A stretch of DNA of 64,000 nt from an uncultured Oscillospiraceae bacterium. GTDB lineage: Bacteria > Bacillota > Clostridia > Oscillospirales > Oscillospiraceae. The notes under the pieces were generated by a model, which saw only the letters and a list, made by a program, of their open reading frames with translations, had not been told where the DNA came from and made no database searches. The DNA lies in contig CAJUOT010000005.1 in assembly GCA_910588135.1 (NCBI GenBank), positions 4,422 through 68,421 on the forward strand, in the 5' to 3' direction. Within the stretch, counting starts at the first letter, position 1. Every line of letters starts with the position of its first letter. The position numbers were made by a program, and so were the translations under genes. Positions 1 to 8,078 of this stretch are shown piece after piece.

Positions 1-1143
1 ATCCCCCTGCTGCCATACCGCCGGCCCCGTCAGGCGGCGGACGTGGCGGAACTGCCCGCCCTGCTGGGGGCGGCGGGGGCGGAGCGCGTGCTGGTGGTCA
101 CCAGCCCCAGCGTGGTCAAACTGGCGGGGACAGTCCGCCTGCTGGACGCGCTGGCCGGGGCGGGCATCGCCTGCGCGGTTTATGACAGGACCATCCCCAA
201 CCCCACCACAGACACGGTGGAGGAGGCGCTGGCCCTCTACCGGGAGGGGGAGTGTCAGGCCATCATCGGCGTCGGCGGAGGCTCCAGCCTGGACTGCGCC
301 AAGGCGGTGGGGGTGCGGGTGGCCCGCCCCGGCAAGCCCCTGTCCAGGCTGGGTGGGGTGCTGAAAGTGCGCAAACGGCTGCCGCCTCTGGCCGCCGTTC
401 CCACCACCGCCGGGACAGGGAGCGAGACCACCATCGCCGCCGTCATCACTGACGCCAAAACGCGGGACAAGTACGCCATCAGCGACTTCCCGCTCATCCC
501 GGACTACGCCGTGCTGGACCCGGAGATGACGGCAACCCTCCCGCCCCACCTCACCGCCTTCACCGGCATGGACGCCCTCACCCACGCGGTGGAGGCGTTC
601 CTTGGCTGCTCCACCACCGCCGGCACCCGGGAGGACGCCCTGGAAGCGGTGAGGCTCATCTTTGAGAACCTGGAAAAAGCATACCGGGACGGCAGCAACC
701 TGGACGCGCGGCGGGCTATGCTGGAGGCGTCCTTTCGGGCGGGGTGCGCCTTCACCAAGTCCTATGTGGGCTATGTCCACGCGGTGGCCCACTCTCTGGG
801 CGGCGCGTACAATGTGGCCCACGGCTATGCCAACGCCGTCATCCTGCCGGTGGTGCTGCGGGCCTACGGCCCCGCCGTTTACCCGAAGCTGGCCCAATTG
901 GCCCGGGCCGCCGGACTGCCGGCGCCGGACATGGATGTGCGGGAGGCGGCCCTGGCATTTATCGGCGGGATAGAGGGGCTGAACGCCCGGTGCGGCATCG
1001 GCACATCTGTCCCGGAGCTTCGCCGGGAAGATATCCCTGCCCTGGCCCGCCATGCCAGCCGGGAGGCCAATCCCCTGTACCCGGTGCCGGTGCTCATGGA
1101 CGCGGGGGAGCTGGCGCGGATCTATGAGCGCCTGCTGCCGTAA
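1..1143 (+). CDS. Iron-containing (group III) alcohol dehydrogenase, 5' partial
   Basis: Frame 1 is open from nt 1, and the listed start at 43 is GTG. Fe-ADH signatures seen: VLVVTS...NPTTDTV, GVGGGSSLDCAKAV, and a His-rich metal site HAVAHSLGGAYNVAHG. TAA stop at 1141-1143. Confidence 0.85.
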   Translation: MPLLPYRRPRQAADVAELPALLGAAGAERVLVVTSPSVVKLAGTVRLLDALAGAGIACAVYDRTIPNPTTDTVEEALALYREGECQAIIGVGGGSSLDCAKAVGVRVARPGKPLSRLGGVLKVRKRLPPLAAVPTTAGTGSETTIAAVITDAKTRDKYAISDFPLIPDYAVLDPEMTATLPPHLTAFTGMDALTHAVEAFLGCSTTAGTREDALEAVRLIFENLEKAYRDGSNLDARRAMLEASFRAGCAFTKSYVGYVHAVAHSLGGAYNVAHGYANAVILPVVLRAYGPAVYPKLAQLARAAGLPAPDMDVREAALAFIGGIEGLNARCGIGTSVPELRREDIPALARHASREANPLYPVPVLMDAGELARIYERLLP

Positions 1144-1212
1144 ACCGCCCGCCCGGGCCGGGGCGCACCCTGTCGGGGAGAGGGGAAAAAGAAGAAATTT
1201 TTGGAAATTTCC

Positions 1213-1241
1213 TTGACACAAGAAATATTTGGGAGTATACT
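1213..1241 (+). promoter_or_regulatory. Sigma-A type promoter, TTGACA-17 nt-TATACT
   Basis: TTGACA at 1213-1218, a 17-nt spacer, then TATACT at 1236-1241, inside an AT-rich patch upstream of the RpiR gene. Confidence 0.7.
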
Positions 1242-1284
1242 CAAAGTAGAAAAGGGAAAGGTTTTTACTTTTGATTTTTGAATG

Positions 1285-1370
1285 AACGTCCAGGCCACGT
1301 GTACGACCCTATATGGCGGCAAAGACGCCGCCCAGTCAGGAGAGCACGGCGGCTGGGACGTTTGTTTTTT
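1285..1370 (+). promoter_or_regulatory. Structured 5' leader: branched hairpin closed by a long stem and followed by a U-tract (attenuator or small RNA 3' end)
   Basis: AACGTCCAGGCC (1285-1296) pairs with GGCTGGGACGTT (1351-1362) with one mismatch. An inner hairpin is GGCGGC-AAAGAC-GCCGCC (1315-1332). TTTGTTTTTT follows at 1361-1370. It lies between the promoter at 1213 and the ATG at 1441. Confidence 0.4.
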
Positions 1371-1440
1371 AGGTGTCCGTCAGGCAGGACGGAGAGGCGC
1401 GCCCGGGCGGCTGGGGCGCGGAGCGGAGAGGAGAAGGGCT

Positions 1441-2295
1441 ATGAAAAGCGCGCTGCTGGGGTTGAAAGAGAGCCGGGACGAAATGAGCGCCACAGAGCGG
1501 TCTGTTGCGGACTACCTGCTGTGCCACCAGGGAGAGGCCATGGGCCTGTCCATCCACCAGCTGGCGGAGAGGACCTTTACGTCCCCGTCCACCGTCATCC
1601 GGATGTGCCAGCGCATGGGCTTCAAGGGCTACAAGGAATTCCGTCAGGCCGTGACCTGCGAGGTGGCGGTGCGCCGCCTAAACCAGGGGGAGGAGCGCAG
1701 GGAGATCACCCGGTCGGACAGCCTGGACGACATTGTGGACAAGATCACCTATCAGAACATCATGTCCCTGGAGGACACCAAGAGCCTCATCGACGTGGGC
1801 ACCCTCCGGGCCTGCGTGGACCTGATGAGGGGGGCCCGGACGGTGCTGCTGTTCGGGGTGGGGGCGCCGCTGTGCGCCGCGCAGGACCTGGACCTGAGGC
1901 TTCTGCGGCTGAACAAGCCCTGTGTGGTGAGCGACGGCTGGCCCGCCCAGCTGCGTCAGGCCAAAAGCGCCTGTGAGGAAGACCTGGCCATCGTGCTGTC
2001 CGACTCCGGGGAGACGGCGGAGGTGGTGGAGTGCGTGAAAGCCCTGCGGGAGAAGCGCGCGCCCATCATCGCCATCACCCAGCGGGCGGAATCCACGGTT
2101 TCGGAGCTGTCCGACTACCAGCTGTATACCGGCGGCCGGGACACCGCCGCCGGCGGGGCCATTGGCACGCATATCTCCCAGCTCAACGTGGTGGATATCC
2201 TGTTCACCGCCTATGCCAACGGCGGGTCTGAGCCCCGCCTGAACGAGCGGCCCCGGCCCCGCGCCGCTGCGGCGTGCAAGCTGGGGACGGCGTGA
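1441..2295 (+). CDS. MurR/RpiR family transcriptional regulator (HTH_6 + SIS domain)
   Basis: MKSALLGLKESRDEMSATERSVADYLL...HQLAERTFTSPSTVIRMCQRMGFKGYKEFR matches the RpiR HTH, and the C-terminal part is SIS-like. ATG 1441 follows GGAGAGGAGAAGGG. The ORF-track start at 1282 would place the promoter-proximal structured leader inside the protein. Confidence 0.8.
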   Translation: MKSALLGLKESRDEMSATERSVADYLLCHQGEAMGLSIHQLAERTFTSPSTVIRMCQRMGFKGYKEFRQAVTCEVAVRRLNQGEERREITRSDSLDDIVDKITYQNIMSLEDTKSLIDVGTLRACVDLMRGARTVLLFGVGAPLCAAQDLDLRLLRLNKPCVVSDGWPAQLRQAKSACEEDLAIVLSDSGETAEVVECVKALREKRAPIIAITQRAESTVSELSDYQLYTGGRDTAAGGAIGTHISQLNVVDILFTAYANGGSEPRLNERPRPRAAAACKLGTA

Positions 2296-2313
2296 GCGAC
2301 CAGCCCAAACGAA

Positions 2314-2345
2314 AGGCGCGGCCTGCGGCCGCGTCTTTTTGCGTC
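2314..2345 (+). terminator. Rho-independent terminator after the RpiR gene
   Basis: GGCGCGGCC-TGC-GGCCGCGTC stem followed by TTTTTGCG. Confidence 0.7.
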
Positions 2346-2475
2346 TGAATCAGGATGTCCATGCCCTGCGCGCGGGCCAGCGCGGCAAAATTTTTCAGGA
2401 GGGGCGTCATATCGGGCTCCGAATCCTGTCTTATTCCACGAAGGCCTTTGCAGACACGGAGAAAGGGGGAGAGAG

Positions 2476-3033
2476 ATGGACGACGCACAGATCGTGGAGC
2501 TGTACTGGCGGCGGGACGAGGCGGCTGTCAGCGAGACAGCGGAGAAATACGGCGCGCTGTGCCGGAGTGTGGCGCGAAATATTCTGGAGACGGACGAAGA
2601 CGCGGAGGAGTGCGTCAACGACGCGCTGCATCGTGCGTGGGACGCCATCCCGCCCCTGTGCCCGGAACGGCTGGGGGCGTGGCTGGGCAAGGTGACCCGC
2701 AACCTGGCGCTGAACCGCTGGAACGAGAGCCGCGCCCAGAAGCGGTACGCCGGCATGGCCGCCCTGCTGGACGAGCTGGCGGACTGCGTCCCCGCGCCGG
2801 GGGGTGTGGAGCGGGAGTGGGAGGACAGGGAGCTGTCCGCCGCCATCGACCGGTGGCTGCGCTCCCTGACGCGGACCGACCGGGTGCTGTTTGTCCGGCG
2901 GTACTGGTACGGCGAGGCGCTGCGGGGGCTGGCGGCAGAGCGGGGCGCATCCCCCAACCGGCTGGCCCAGAAGATGCTCCGCCTGCGGCGGAGCCTGAGA
3001 AACGCATTGGAAAAGGAGGGCTTTGCAATATGA
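2476..3033 (+). CDS. ECF-type sigma-70 family RNA polymerase sigma factor
   Basis: 185 aa. Region 2-like N-terminus (IVELYWRRDEAAVSETAEKYGALCRSVARNIL...AEECVNDAL) and region 4-like C-terminus (RVLFVRRYWYGEALRGLAAERGASPNRLAQKMLRLR). RBS GGAGAAAGGGGGAGAG lies upstream. Confidence 0.8.
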   Translation: MDDAQIVELYWRRDEAAVSETAEKYGALCRSVARNILETDEDAEECVNDALHRAWDAIPPLCPERLGAWLGKVTRNLALNRWNESRAQKRYAGMAALLDELADCVPAPGGVEREWEDRELSAAIDRWLRSLTRTDRVLFVRRYWYGEALRGLAAERGASPNRLAQKMLRLRRSLRNALEKEGFAI

Positions 3034-3956
3034 GGGAAGCACAGGCGTCACGGCTGTTTCGGGCTGTGACGGAGATTGGAGACGACCTGATTGAGGAGGC
3101 CGGGGCGGCCCGGATCCGCAAAAAAATACCTGAGTGGAAGCGGGAGCTGGTGGCTGGCCTGTGCCTGATCGCGCTGGCGGGCGCGGGAGTATGGCGCTGG
3201 TTGGGGCGGCTTGACCATCCAACCATGCCTGAAGTGCCGCCGGCCGCAGCAGACGGACCCATGCTGGGCGGCCCTGATGCCGACCCGGGCATGTGCGGCC
3301 CCGCCTGCGGCCCTGTACCCGGCGGGATCACACCTGAGCTGCGGGTGGGCGGCACACTGTACCAATACGCCGGAATGTCGGCAAGGCTTTTCCTGGACCC
3401 CGGCGGCTCCTACAGCTTGATGGGAGACGGCTCCACCTATCTGCCGGAGGGCTACGAGCCCTGCGGCCGGATCAGCGGCATAACCACGGAAGAGCCCGTG
3501 GAAGATTTTCAGCTCCGGGCCGGATTCGAGGCCGGCGGGACGGTGTTTGCCAGCGGGGAGCACCCCGCCGTGGTGTATGTCCTCTTATGCGCGGAGTGGA
3601 CCGCCGAACAGGGCTCGTACGTCCGCTTTGTGTCAGACGAGCTGGGGGACAACGAGCTGCTGAGCTGGCAGGGACAGATGTACCGCTTCAGCAGTGATTA
3701 TGAGGCCTGCGAACTTCTGGAGGAACTGCCCGCAGGCTGTGAGCTGGCGGGTACGCTGCGTTTTGTGGGGAAGGATTCCGTCCCGGCGGGGGACCTGGAG
3801 ACCAACCGCCGGGGGGACAACTACGCAAAGCCCACCGATGGCCGGGAGGTATACGTCCTCCCCGGCGACAGCAGTGTGTTATACGTTTACGAGCACCACT
3901 ACTGGGCGGGGGGGGACTACCCCGCGTGGCGGGCGTGCCACCTGTGGGAGCGGTGA
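3030..3956 (+). CDS. Putative anti-sigma factor, single-pass membrane protein with an uncharacterised extracytoplasmic domain
   Basis: ATG 3030 overlaps the sigma-factor stop as ATGA. The short cytoplasmic N-terminus (MREAQASRLFRAVTEIGDDLIEEA) is followed by one TM helix (LVAGLCLIALAGAGVWRWL) and about 230 aa with no motif I recognise. Confidence 0.6.
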   Translation: MREAQASRLFRAVTEIGDDLIEEAGAARIRKKIPEWKRELVAGLCLIALAGAGVWRWLGRLDHPTMPEVPPAAADGPMLGGPDADPGMCGPACGPVPGGITPELRVGGTLYQYAGMSARLFLDPGGSYSLMGDGSTYLPEGYEPCGRISGITTEEPVEDFQLRAGFEAGGTVFASGEHPAVVYVLLCAEWTAEQGSYVRFVSDELGDNELLSWQGQMYRFSSDYEACELLEELPAGCELAGTLRFVGKDSVPAGDLETNRRGDNYAKPTDGREVYVLPGDSSVLYVYEHHYWAGGDYPAWRACHLWER

Positions 3957-3995
3957 TAAAAAAGGTCCCTGCGCGTCGCGCAGGGACCTTTTTTA
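3957..3995. terminator. Bidirectional rho-independent terminator (anti-sigma gene / asnS)
   Basis: AAAAAA-GGTCCCTGCG-loop-CGCAGGGACC-TTTTTT, lying between two convergent genes. Confidence 0.85.
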
Positions 3996-4004
3996 AATCG
4001 GAAA

Positions 4005-5399
4005 TCAAAACTCCGCATTGCCCACGGTGCGGGGGTGGGGCAGGGTGTCGCGGATGTTGGAGATGCCCGTGAGGTACATCACCATCCGCTCGAAGCCCAG
4101 GCCGAAGCCCGCATGGCGGCAGGAGCCGTAGCGCCGCAGGTCCAGGTACCACCAGTAGTCCTCCGGATTCATGCCCAGTTCGCGGATTCTGGCTTCCAGC
4201 ACGCCGATGCGCTCCTCGCGCTGGGACCCGCCGATGATCTCCCCGATGCCGGGGACCAGGCAGTCCGCCGCCGCCACGGTTTTGCCGTCGTCGTTCAGGC
4301 GCATATAGAACGCCTTGATCTCTTTGGGATAGTCGGTGACGAACACCGGCTTTTTAAATACCTGCTCGGTGAGGTAGCGCTCGTGCTCGGTCTGGAGGTC
4401 GCAGCCCCACTCCGCCTGATAGTCGAACTTGCCGTTGTTCTGCTTCAAAATCTCAATGGCGTCGGTGTAGCTCACCCGGGCGAAATCGGAGGAGGCCACG
4501 TGCTGCAAGCGCTCCACCAGCCCCTTGTCCACAAAGGAGTTGAAGAAGGCCATTTCGTCGGGGCACTTTTCCATCACGGTGTTAATGATATACTTGATCA
4601 TGGCCTCGGCCACGTCCATGTCGTCGGCCAGGTCGGCGAAGGCCATCTCCGGCTCGATCATCCAGAACTCGGCGGCGTGGCGCTGGGTGTTGGAGTTCTC
4701 CGCCCGGAAGGTGGGGCCGAAGGTGTACACGCTGCCGAAAGCCATGGCAAAGTTCTCCGCGTTGAGCTGGCCGGACACGGTGAGGTTGGCGTGTTTGCCG
4801 AAGAAATCCTTCGACCAGTCCACGCCGCCGTCTGGCAGGCGGGGCGGGTTTGCCACGTCCAGGGTGGTCACCTGGAACATCTCCCCGGCCCCCTCGCAGT
4901 CGGAGGCGGTGATGATGGGGGTGTGGACGTAGACGAAGCCCCTGTCCTGGAAGAAGCAGTGGATGGCGTGGGCGGCGACAGAGCGGACCCGGAAGGCGGC
5001 GGAGAACAGGTTGGTGCGGGGGCGCAGGTGCTGGATGGTGCGCAGGTACTCCACGCTGTGGCGCTTCTTCTGCAAGGGGTAGTCCGGGGAGGACACGCCC
5101 TCCACCGCGATGGAGGCGGCCTTCACCTCCAGGGGCTGCTTGGCCTGGGGGGTGAGGGCCACCGTGCCGGTGACGATGAGGGCCGCGCCCACGTTCTGGC
5201 CCGCGATCTCCTTATAGTTGTCCAGCGCGTTGGCGTCCATGACGATCTGGAGGTTTTTGAAGCAGGAACCGTCGTTGAGCTCAATAAAGCCGAAGGTTTT
5301 CATGTCCCGGATGGTGCGGGCCCAGCCCATGACGGTGACGGTCCGGCCGTCCAGGCGCTCGCCGTCGGCAAAGACGGAGGCGATGGTGATGCGTTCCAT
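4005..5399 (-). CDS. asnS: Asparagine--tRNA ligase
   Basis: [10 protein letters not shown]...[25 protein letters not shown] (OB fold), class II core motifs ([39 protein letters not shown]). About 464 aa from ATG 5399. The upstream extension to 5447 would overlap the promoter. Confidence 0.9.
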   Translation of the reverse strand: MERITIASVFADGERLDGRTVTVMGWARTIRDMKTFGFIELNDGSCFKNLQIVMDANALDNYKEIAGQNVGAALIVTGTVALTPQAKQPLEVKAASIAVEGVSSPDYPLQKKRHSVEYLRTIQHLRPRTNLFSAAFRVRSVAAHAIHCFFQDRGFVYVHTPIITASDCEGAGEMFQVTTLDVANPPRLPDGGVDWSKDFFGKHANLTVSGQLNAENFAMAFGSVYTFGPTFRAENSNTQRHAAEFWMIEPEMAFADLADDMDVAEAMIKYIINTVMEKCPDEMAFFNSFVDKGLVERLQHVASSDFARVSYTDAIEILKQNNGKFDYQAEWGCDLQTEHERYLTEQVFKKPVFVTDYPKEIKAFYMRLNDDGKTVAAADCLVPGIGEIIGGSQREERIGVLEARIRELGMNPEDYWWYLDLRRYGSCRHAGFGLGFERMVMYLTGISNIRDTLPHPRTVGNAEF

Positions 5400-5435
5400 A
5401 TGCGTTCCCTCGATTCGTAAGAAGTTGTGGCATTC

Positions 5436-5463
5436 AGTATACCACATTTTCCTGGTTTTGCAA
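5436..5463 (-). promoter_or_regulatory. Sigma-A type promoter for asnS (TTGCAA-16 nt-TGgTATACT, minus strand)
   Basis: Read on the minus strand: TTGCAA (5463-5458), a 16-nt spacer ending in TGg, then TATACT (5441-5436). The leader is about 30 nt. Confidence 0.6.
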
Positions 5464-5483
5464 GGGGCGGGCCCCGGGCTGTT

Positions 5484-6128
5484 TTATTTGACCATGGCGG
5501 CCACGTCGTCGGGGCGGCCCGCCACCATGATATGGGTGTCCGCCGCGAAGACGAAGCGGGCGCCGATGGGCAGAATGGCCCCGTTCTCCTTGCGCCCGAT
5601 GACGTTCACATTCCACTTCTTGCGGATGTCCAGGTCAATGAGGGCCTGGCCCGCCCAGTGGTCGGGCACATCCAGCTCAAAGATGGCGTAGCCCGGGGCC
5701 AGCTCCACATAGTCCAGCGCTCCGTTGACGCTGAAGCGCATGGCGGCGCGCATGGCCATGTCCCGCTCCGGGAACACCACCTCGTCCGCGCCGATTTTCA
5801 GCAGCAGGCGGGCGTGGAGGTCCTTGTCCGCCTTGGACACCACCATGGGGGCCCCCAGCTCCTTAAGCTGGGAGGTGATCTCCAGGGAGGACTGGAAGTT
5901 ATCGCTGATGCACACGAAGCAGAAGTCGAAGCTGGACGGGTCCAGGGAGCGCAGCACCTCCTCGTCCATGCAGTCGCCGATTTTGGCCTGGGTGACGTGG
6001 GGGGCGATGCGGCTCACCGCCTCCTCGTCCGTGTCGATGACCAGCACCTCGTTGCCCAGGTCCATCAGCCGCAGGGCCAGATTTGTGCCGAACCGGCCCA
6101 GGCCGATCACCAGAAATGTCGCCGCCAT
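5484..6128 (-). CDS. ktrA: TrkA/KtrA-type potassium uptake regulatory subunit (RCK N + C domains)
   Basis: MAATFLVIGLGRFGTNLALRLMDLGNEVLVID is a Rossmann GxGxxG RCK_N motif, with a TrkA_C-like tail. ATG 6128 sits about 9 nt after GAAAGGTG. An alternative GTG at 6140 cannot be excluded. Confidence 0.8.
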   Translation of the reverse strand: MAATFLVIGLGRFGTNLALRLMDLGNEVLVIDTDEEAVSRIAPHVTQAKIGDCMDEEVLRSLDPSSFDFCFVCISDNFQSSLEITSQLKELGAPMVVSKADKDLHARLLLKIGADEVVFPERDMAMRAAMRFSVNGALDYVELAPGYAIFELDVPDHWAGQALIDLDIRKKWNVNVIGRKENGAILPIGARFVFAADTHIMVAGRPDDVAAMVK

Positions 6129-6167
6129 AGCATTCCACACCTTTCTTGATCGGGCTTTGCGCGCCCG

Positions 6168-7505
6168 TTATCCGACCGTGATATGCTCCACCGGGTCTTT
6201 GACCCGGGGGGGCAGACGGCCCGCCAGCGCCATCATCATGGTCAGGCTGCCGATCCGCCCGCAGTACATCAGCACAATGAGGAGCCCCCGGTTGAAGGGA
6301 GACAGGGCCCGGGTGATGCCGGTGGACAGGCCCACGGTGCTCATGGCGGAAAAGACCTCGAACAGCGCGTCCTGGAGCGGGAAGGGCTGGGTGGCCAGCA
6401 GCAGGAAGCCGCCGGACATGGCCAGAACCATATACAAGGTAACCCCCGCCGCCGAGCGGTGGATCTGTTCCTCATCCAGCCGGCGGTTGAAGGCGCCCAC
6501 CTCACGCCTGCCCCGGACATAGCTGGTCAGGGTGAGCAGGCACACCGCAACAGTAGTCACCTTGACGCCGCCGCCGGTGGAGCCGGGACCTGCGCCGATA
6601 AACATCAGCACAATGGTCAGCAGCCCGCCGCCGCTGGTCAGCCGGGCCAGGTCCACGGTGTTGAACCCGGCCGTCCGGGGAGAGACCGCCTGAAACAGGG
6701 CGGCCAGCGCCTGCTCCCCGTAGCCCATTCCCGCCAGCAGGTTGCCCCGCTCCGCCCACCAGAACAGCGCCGCGCCGCCCGCCGTGAGAATCAGGGTGGC
6801 GGTGAGCATGATCTTGGCGTGAAGGGAGTAGCGGCGGAAGCGCGGCCCCTTTTCCCACAGGTCCCGCCACACCAGAAAGCCCAGCCCGCCCAGCAGCACC
6901 AGGGCGCATATGGTGAGGTTCACCAGCGGGTCGTCCGCATAGTGGGTGAGGGAGCTGTAGGGCTCCCGAAAGCCCATCAAGTCAAACCCGGCGTTGCAGA
7001 AGGCGGATACGCTGTGGAAAACGGCGTACCAGAGCCCCCGGGCCCAGCCCAGCTCCGGGACAAACCGGACGGCCAGAAGCGCCGCGCCCGCCCCCTCGAT
7101 AGCGGCGGTGCCCGCCAGGATATAGCGCAACAGGGCGAGCACGTCGCTCAGCCGCTCGGCGCTGACGCTCTCCATCATCAGCGAGCGCTGCTTCAGGCCG
7201 ATCTTCCGGCCCAGCAGCAGCGACGCCTGGAGCATCATGGTCATATAGCCCAGCCCGCCCACCTGGATAAGAACCAGCAGAATAACCTGCCCCGGCAGGC
7301 TGAACTGGGTCCAGGTGTCCGCCACCACAAGGCCGGTGACACAGGTGGCGGAGGTGGCGGTGAACAGGCTGTCCAGAAAGGACAGGCCATGCCCGCCCCG
7401 GTTGGCGAAAGGGAGCATGAGCAGCAGCGCCCCAGCCAGGATGATGGTCAGAAAGCCCAGGGCGATGGTCCGACTGGGGGAGAGCCTGGGAAGTTTGTTT
7501 TTCAC
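6168..7505 (-). CDS. ktrB: TrkH/KtrB family potassium transporter membrane subunit
   Basis: 445 aa and polytopic, with repeated selectivity-filter-like motifs (TATCVTG, IQVGGLGYM, NAGFD, RTAGFN, PGSTGGGVKVTT, TVGLSTG). GTG start follows GGAAAAGGGG. Confidence 0.85.
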   Translation of the reverse strand: MKNKLPRLSPSRTIALGFLTIILAGALLLMLPFANRGGHGLSFLDSLFTATSATCVTGLVVADTWTQFSLPGQVILLVLIQVGGLGYMTMMLQASLLLGRKIGLKQRSLMMESVSAERLSDVLALLRYILAGTAAIEGAGAALLAVRFVPELGWARGLWYAVFHSVSAFCNAGFDLMGFREPYSSLTHYADDPLVNLTICALVLLGGLGFLVWRDLWEKGPRFRRYSLHAKIMLTATLILTAGGAALFWWAERGNLLAGMGYGEQALAALFQAVSPRTAGFNTVDLARLTSGGGLLTIVLMFIGAGPGSTGGGVKVTTVAVCLLTLTSYVRGRREVGAFNRRLDEEQIHRSAAGVTLYMVLAMSGGFLLLATQPFPLQDALFEVFSAMSTVGLSTGITRALSPFNRGLLIVLMYCGRIGSLTMMMALAGRLPPRVKDPVEHITVG

Positions 7506-7565
7506 GTCAGATCCCCTTTTCCGCGCCCGGCCGTCCCGCCGGCGTTATGGAACGTTCTGCACAAC

Positions 7566-7594
7566 ATTGTATTTCTTTTGGGGTGCGGTGTCAA
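7566..7594 (-). promoter_or_regulatory. Sigma-A type promoter for ktrBA (TTGACA-17 nt-TACAAT, minus strand)
   Basis: Minus strand: TTGACA (7594-7589), a 17-nt spacer, TACAAT (7571-7566). It predicts a leader of only about 50 nt before GTG 7505. Confidence 0.7.
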
Positions 7595-7599
7595 CCCCA

Positions 7600-8021
7600 A
7601 TGAGGGAGCTGGTTATGAGGTACCTGAGTCTCAGCGGATAGATAAGGGAAGAGAAAATGGTTTAACTGACAGGTAAGGGCGTTTAAAAGACTGATAAAAG
7701 ATCTAATTATAAAAGAAGCGAAGGGGTAAAAGACATGAAAGGGACTTAACAGAATAGATGATTAAAACAATAGAAAAGGATATAATTAAGTGATAATAAG
7801 TGATAAGATATAGGAAAAATAGAGATCGGGAATAAGGATACTCCATGAAAAGAAATGAAGAGGCTCATAACTGGTAATTGAAAGTTTGAAAAATGCAGAT
7901 AAAGTCCAAGAGAGAGAAGAACAAAAAGATAAGAGTAAAGCGGGCTGTGAGAAAGTTAAAAACCGAAGATAGACGGTTAAAAACTTAATCAAGACGAGTA
8001 AAAAATTTTTGAAGCAACCTA
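7600..8021. other. AT-rich, strongly purine-skewed (plus strand) non-coding tract with short phased direct repeats
   Basis: By eye the plus strand is dominated by A and G, and C is rare, in sharp contrast to the GC-rich flanks. AAGTGATAA occurs twice (7788-7796, 7798-7806). GTTAAAAAC occurs twice (7955-7963, 7976-7984, 21-bp phase). No credible ORF is present. Confidence 0.6.
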
Positions 8022-8050
8022 TTGACCAAGCTAGGACGTTGTGCTATAAT
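8022..8050 (+). promoter_or_regulatory. Near-consensus sigma-A promoter (TTGACC-17 nt-TGcTATAAT)
   Basis: TTGACC at 8022-8027, a 17-nt spacer ending in an extended -10 TGc, TATAAT at 8045-8050. It lies inside the ORF-track start (8022), which argues for the ATG at 8079. Confidence 0.75.
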
Positions 8051-8078
8051 GAAGATAAGTCAGAAAGGGGGGAGCGTA

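Noticed and set aside
1282-1440. N-terminal 53-aa extension of the RpiR ORF (ORF-track start 1282)
   Set aside because: The extension is Gly/Arg-rich and non-protein-like. It covers the structured leader and its U-tract and has no RBS. ATG 1441 has a strong RBS and gives a normal RpiR N-terminus.
2204-2488. 94-aa minus-strand ORF containing a plausible-looking peptide (MTPLLKNFAALARAQGMDILIQ)
   Set aside because: It runs through the RpiR terminator hairpin into the RpiR coding region and has no RBS. It could be a short gene remnant, but there is no support beyond about 25 residues.
4035-5420. 461-aa plus-strand ORF antisense to asnS
   Set aside because: Its Gly/Ala/Val/His/Asp-rich composition is typical of shadow ORFs in GC-rich DNA, and the opposite strand encodes an unambiguous AsnRS.
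5400-5483. T-box leader upstream of asnS
   Set aside because: Only 84 nt separate asnS from ktrA. A promoter at 5436-5463 leaves about 30 nt of leader, far too short for a T-box.
7506-7660. Possible c-di-AMP (ydaO/kimA-type) riboswitch in front of the ktrBA potassium-uptake operon, as found in Bacillus
   Set aside because: A TTGACA-17-TACAAT promoter at 7566-7594 (minus strand) leaves a leader of only about 50 nt. I could not find the conserved ACGGGGA / GGGGUGAAUC / CAGCUAACCUCGUAAGCG blocks. The GGGGTG...ACCCC hairpin is part of the promoter region itself. An Infernal scan would settle it.
6183-7676. 497-aa plus-strand ORF antisense to ktrB
   Set aside because: It is a shadow ORF with Gln/Gly/His/Pro-rich low complexity, and the opposite strand is a clear TrkH-family transporter.
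7786-7992. 68-aa minus-strand ORF inside the AT-rich tract
   Set aside because: It is low-complexity Leu/Ser/Phe-rich sequence produced by a pyrimidine-rich strand. It has no RBS and lies upstream of the ktr promoter. It is most likely a compositional artefact.
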